Positions 53,600 to 56,009 of a stretch of DNA of 56,009 nucleotides are shown here, piece by piece. The translations under genes were made by a program, and so were the position numbers. The notes beneath the pieces were generated by a model. That model ran no database searches and was not told the origin of the DNA. It saw only the letters and a list, made by a program, of their open reading frames with translations. The number at the start of each line of letters is the position of its first letter. Position 1 is the stretch's first letter. The stretch is from an uncultured Staphylococcaceae bacterium (GTDB lineage Bacteria > Bacillota_I > Bacilli_A > RFN20 > CAG-826), in contig CAZZGL010000003.1 of the NCBI GenBank assembly GCA_964654155.1, forward strand, positions 1-56,009, read 5' to 3'.

Positions 53600-54349
53600 T
53601 TATTTTGATTTAGGATAATCTTTCTTAGGAATATTATCATAAGGAACCACTCTATGAACAGGAAGTTCTTTAGCAATACGGGTAATTTCCGCTTTTAAAT
53701 GGTCACAGATTATTTTTCTTTGTTCATTCATTTCAATGTTTGGATCATATTTGATTGGTTCTCCAAATACAGCTTTTTTTAATTTTGGACAAATATAAGT
53801 TGGCACAAATGAAATGCATTCATGATGTTTAGAATAATAAAATCGAGCACTGTCTATAAACTTATCAAAGAAATCATTAACTATTTCATTATGTTTATTT
53901 CTTCCTTCTGGAAAAATAACGATATTATTTCCTTCATTAAGCGCTGCTGTTGTATCTTTAAAAGTACTCATAATTCGCGCGTCTTTATAAACTCCAATCG
54001 TATCAGCGTGGCACATTGCATATGACAATATTGGTGCGACTAAATAAGATAATATTTTATAAAACCAGCGAATCCATTTTGGTTTCATTGACCAAAAGTC
54101 TTTATAGGCATAACCAGGAACCTCTTTTAAATGCATCATTTGTCCTATGCACCATATATATTTCTTTTTAGGAAAATAAAGCTCAAACATTAAAGGACCA
54201 TGAGCTTGAGCATGATTAGAAACATAAATCGATGGTATCTTAGGCGTATTTTCTATATTTTCAAATGTCTTTTTTCCATAAAAAAAGACAATTAATCCTC
54301 GACATAATTTAAAAAATATCGGTTTCTTTTTTGTTTCTACATACTTCAT
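53600..54349 (-). CDS. PlsC-like lysophospholipid acyltransferase family protein with a variant block I
   Basis: Block III IVIFPEGRNK is clear. Block I reads SNHAQAHGP, i.e. the His is present but the Asp of HX4D is absent. Confidence 0.55.
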   Translation of the reverse strand: MKYVETKKKPIFFKLCRGLIVFFYGKKTFENIENTPKIPSIYVSNHAQAHGPLMFELYFPKKKYIWCIGQMMHLKEVPGYAYKDFWSMKPKWIRWFYKILSYLVAPILSYAMCHADTIGVYKDARIMSTFKDTTAALNEGNNIVIFPEGRNKHNEIVNDFFDKFIDSARFYYSKHHECISFVPTYICPKLKKAVFGEPIKYDPNIEMNEQRKIICDHLKAEITRIAKELPVHRVVPYDNIPKKDYPKSK

Positions 54350-54446
54350 AATCTTTTATCCTTTCGCTTGTCCTTCGTTATTTTACCATAAGATACCTTT
54401 AATTGATATTCTAATCGATAATTTTAATAATCATAAAAATAAGGCA

Positions 54447-54472
54447 ATTAAAAATGAGAGTTTCCCCTCATT
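54447..54472 (-). terminator. Rho-independent terminator of the small membrane protein locus
   Basis: Minus strand reads AATGAG-GGGAAACT-CTCATT followed by TTTTAATT. It overlaps the stop codon. Confidence 0.55.
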
Positions 54473-54824
54473 TATTGATTTAATAGTTTTTCTGTAAGTT
54501 CAAGAATCTCTTTTCTATATTTATTCTTTCTGGAATTTAATATTCTTTTGTACAATGGATAATTAATTGATACTATAGCTATTCCTAATAATCCAATAAT
54601 AATTCCTAATACTAAATGAAAATCATTACTACCAATAACCTTCATTGCTAAACACATTCCTAAGCCAAGAATTAGTGAGCCTATAATTCCTATTACTAAA
54701 TTAATAACCGGATTTTTCACTTTTTTTCTAACGCTCTTAATTTTTCAATATCAGTTAATTCTTTTTCTTGTGGCAAATACTCTTTTCTAATTTTTTCAAT
54801 TTCATTTTTTTCATAAACACTCAT
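54472..54824 (-). pseudogene. Frameshifted paralog of the 49259-49642 small membrane protein (split at an A7 tract)
   Basis: An ATG at 54824, after AAGGAGGAA, opens MSVYEKNEIEKIRKEYLPQEKELTDIEKLRALEKK, ending at TGA 54717-54719. The track ORF (GTG at 54720) continues VKNPVINLVIGIIGSLILGLGMC... in the +1 frame. An A8 tract would fuse the two. Confidence 0.65.
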
Positions 54825-54925
54825 TTTTCTTTCCTCCTTGTTTACGACATTATTATATGTAAACTTTGTTAATGTTTTTTTTCTAAATTGTAAATGTTTT
54901 GAAAATAAAATGTTAAAGAAATGTT

Positions 54926-54948
54926 AAAAAAAGACGTATTTCTACGCC
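54926..54948 (-). terminator. Rho-independent terminator of degV
   Basis: Minus strand reads GGCGT-AGAAAT-ACGTC (one G.U) followed by T7, starting at the stop codon. Confidence 0.6.
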
Positions 54949-55817
54949 TATAAGTATTCGTTAATTGATTTGCCATTAATACGTGGTGAAACTACAATAC
55001 CGATTGTTCCTGGTCCACAATGAGCACAAACATTAATTGGTATAATTCCTCTAATAACTTTGTAATCTCCTAAAGAGGAAGATAAATATTCATTAACTGC
55101 AGAAACAACTTTTTCGTTTCCAGCAAAATCTATCAATGTATAATCATATTCATCAATAGGAAATTCTTTAACCATTAATTTAATACTATCAAAGAATGAT
55201 TTTTTAATATTTCGAGTCATACACTCTTTAACTAATGCCCCATCTTTTAATCCAATTACGGGCTTTAATCCTAAAGTATTTCCAATTGCCGCAATCGCAG
55301 GAGAGATTCTTCCTCCATTTTTAAGTGCTTTTAGATTTTCTAAAAAGAAAATTGCTTTATTATGTTTTTTTCTTTCTTCAATGTTAGCAACAATATCATC
55401 TATCCTGCTACCTTTATTAACTTCATCTAAAGCATAAAGAACATGAGATAACATTAATGAGGAAATAGACATACCATCAATAATGGTAACTTTTCCTTCA
55501 AATTGTTCAGATACAGTGTTAAACAACTGATTCATTGAAGATAATTTACTTGAAATAGTAAAATGAATAATATGATCATATCCTTTAGCAAATAATCCTT
55601 CAAAATAAGAAACCACTTGTCCTAGTGGTGGTGTTGATGTTTGTACTTTTTTATTATTTAACATCGCATCTTTTAATTGTTTTTGATTAATGGTAATCCC
55701 ATCTAAAAACTCTTCTCCATCAACAATTACATTGAGTGGAAAAACACTTATACCATGCTTTGGTAATAAATCATAATTGATCAAGCATGAAGTGTCAGTT
55801 GAAATTAATATTTTCAT
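54948..55817 (-). CDS. degV: DegV-family fatty-acid-binding protein
   Basis: MKILISTDTSCLINYDLLPKHGISVFPLNVIVDGEEFLDG, TSTPPLGQ, and a C-terminal GPGTIGIVV pattern, 289 aa. Confidence 0.85.
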   Translation of the reverse strand: MKILISTDTSCLINYDLLPKHGISVFPLNVIVDGEEFLDGITINQKQLKDAMLNNKKVQTSTPPLGQVVSYFEGLFAKGYDHIIHFTISSKLSSMNQLFNTVSEQFEGKVTIIDGMSISSLMLSHVLYALDEVNKGSRIDDIVANIEERKKHNKAIFFLENLKALKNGGRISPAIAAIGNTLGLKPVIGLKDGALVKECMTRNIKKSFFDSIKLMVKEFPIDEYDYTLIDFAGNEKVVSAVNEYLSSSLGDYKVIRGIIPINVCAHCGPGTIGIVVSPRINGKSINEYL

Positions 55818-56009
55818 TTGTTTTCCTCTTTTAATAACAGAAATAAATTCCCCTTATTATTTCTTTCCTTTAATTTTTATATTTAAAACATAAATAATAA
55901 TTTTAAATTATTTTTAATCCAAAAACATAATTTGTATTAGATAAACTAATGTATTAATATGTATTTATATATTCATAAAAATCTATATATTCAAATCATT
56001 ATTAAGCTT

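Noticed and set aside
54858-54899. TGTAAACTTTG and TGTAAATGTTT words upstream of the frameshifted paralog, considered as further regulator-binding sites
   Set aside because: They are imperfect and 31 nt apart, and similar words occur at unrelated places (e.g. 28669). In DNA this AT-rich they can arise by chance, so they are mentioned only as a lead under the 52367 finding.
1-56009. Possibility that the organism uses the Mycoplasma/Spiroplasma code (TGA = Trp), given the Mollicutes-like Pot proteins and AT-richness
   Set aside because: Long housekeeping ORFs are intact under the standard code. Several genes end at TGA with correct C-termini (pgsA, the response regulator), and Trp positions in conserved motifs are TGG.

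Overview
Very AT-rich chromosomal segment from a low-GC Firmicute. It uses the standard code: TGA serves as a stop codon (e.g. pgsA, the response regulator) and Trp is TGG. Almost all genes lie on the minus strand. The backbone is Bacillus-like housekeeping synteny: potABCD; ispF-ychF-csp; fhs; miaB-ymcA-cotE-mutS-mutL-miaA; and gpsB-rnpB-pgsA-cinA-recA-rny-ymdB-spoVS. The presence of cotE and spoVS points to an endospore former, possibly Erysipelotrichia-like. RNA genes are a tRNA-Cys/Arg/Pro operon, tRNA-His and a type-B RNase P RNA. Accessory content sits between the core blocks:
- a collagen/BclA-like protein next to an amidase
- a membrane-anchored pullulanase
- a multiply frameshifted AlbA_2/HATPase_c_4 pseudogene
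- an asymmetric MacB/FtsX-type ABC system
- surface lipoproteins, including an M6-like metalloprotease
- a FprA-Hrb-rubredoxin fusion followed by a free rubredoxin that is missing from the ORF track

The best candidates for an undescribed system are three. First, a Cys-loop (pLGIC) channel homologue with an expanded ectodomain, followed by a minimal kinase-fold gene (42.5-44.6 kb). Second, a tightly coupled four-gene module (7-TM protein, OmpR-type regulator, intramembrane-sensing kinase, small 2-TM protein). It has a second, A7-frameshifted copy of the small protein 5 kb away, two lipid-metabolism genes in between, and a perfect 11-bp tandem direct repeat in the divergent promoter (49.2-54.8 kb). 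Third, the split/fused MacB-like ABC transporter, whose Shine-Dalgarno sequence is buried in the upstream terminator. All functional calls come from motif recognition by eye; no database search was run.
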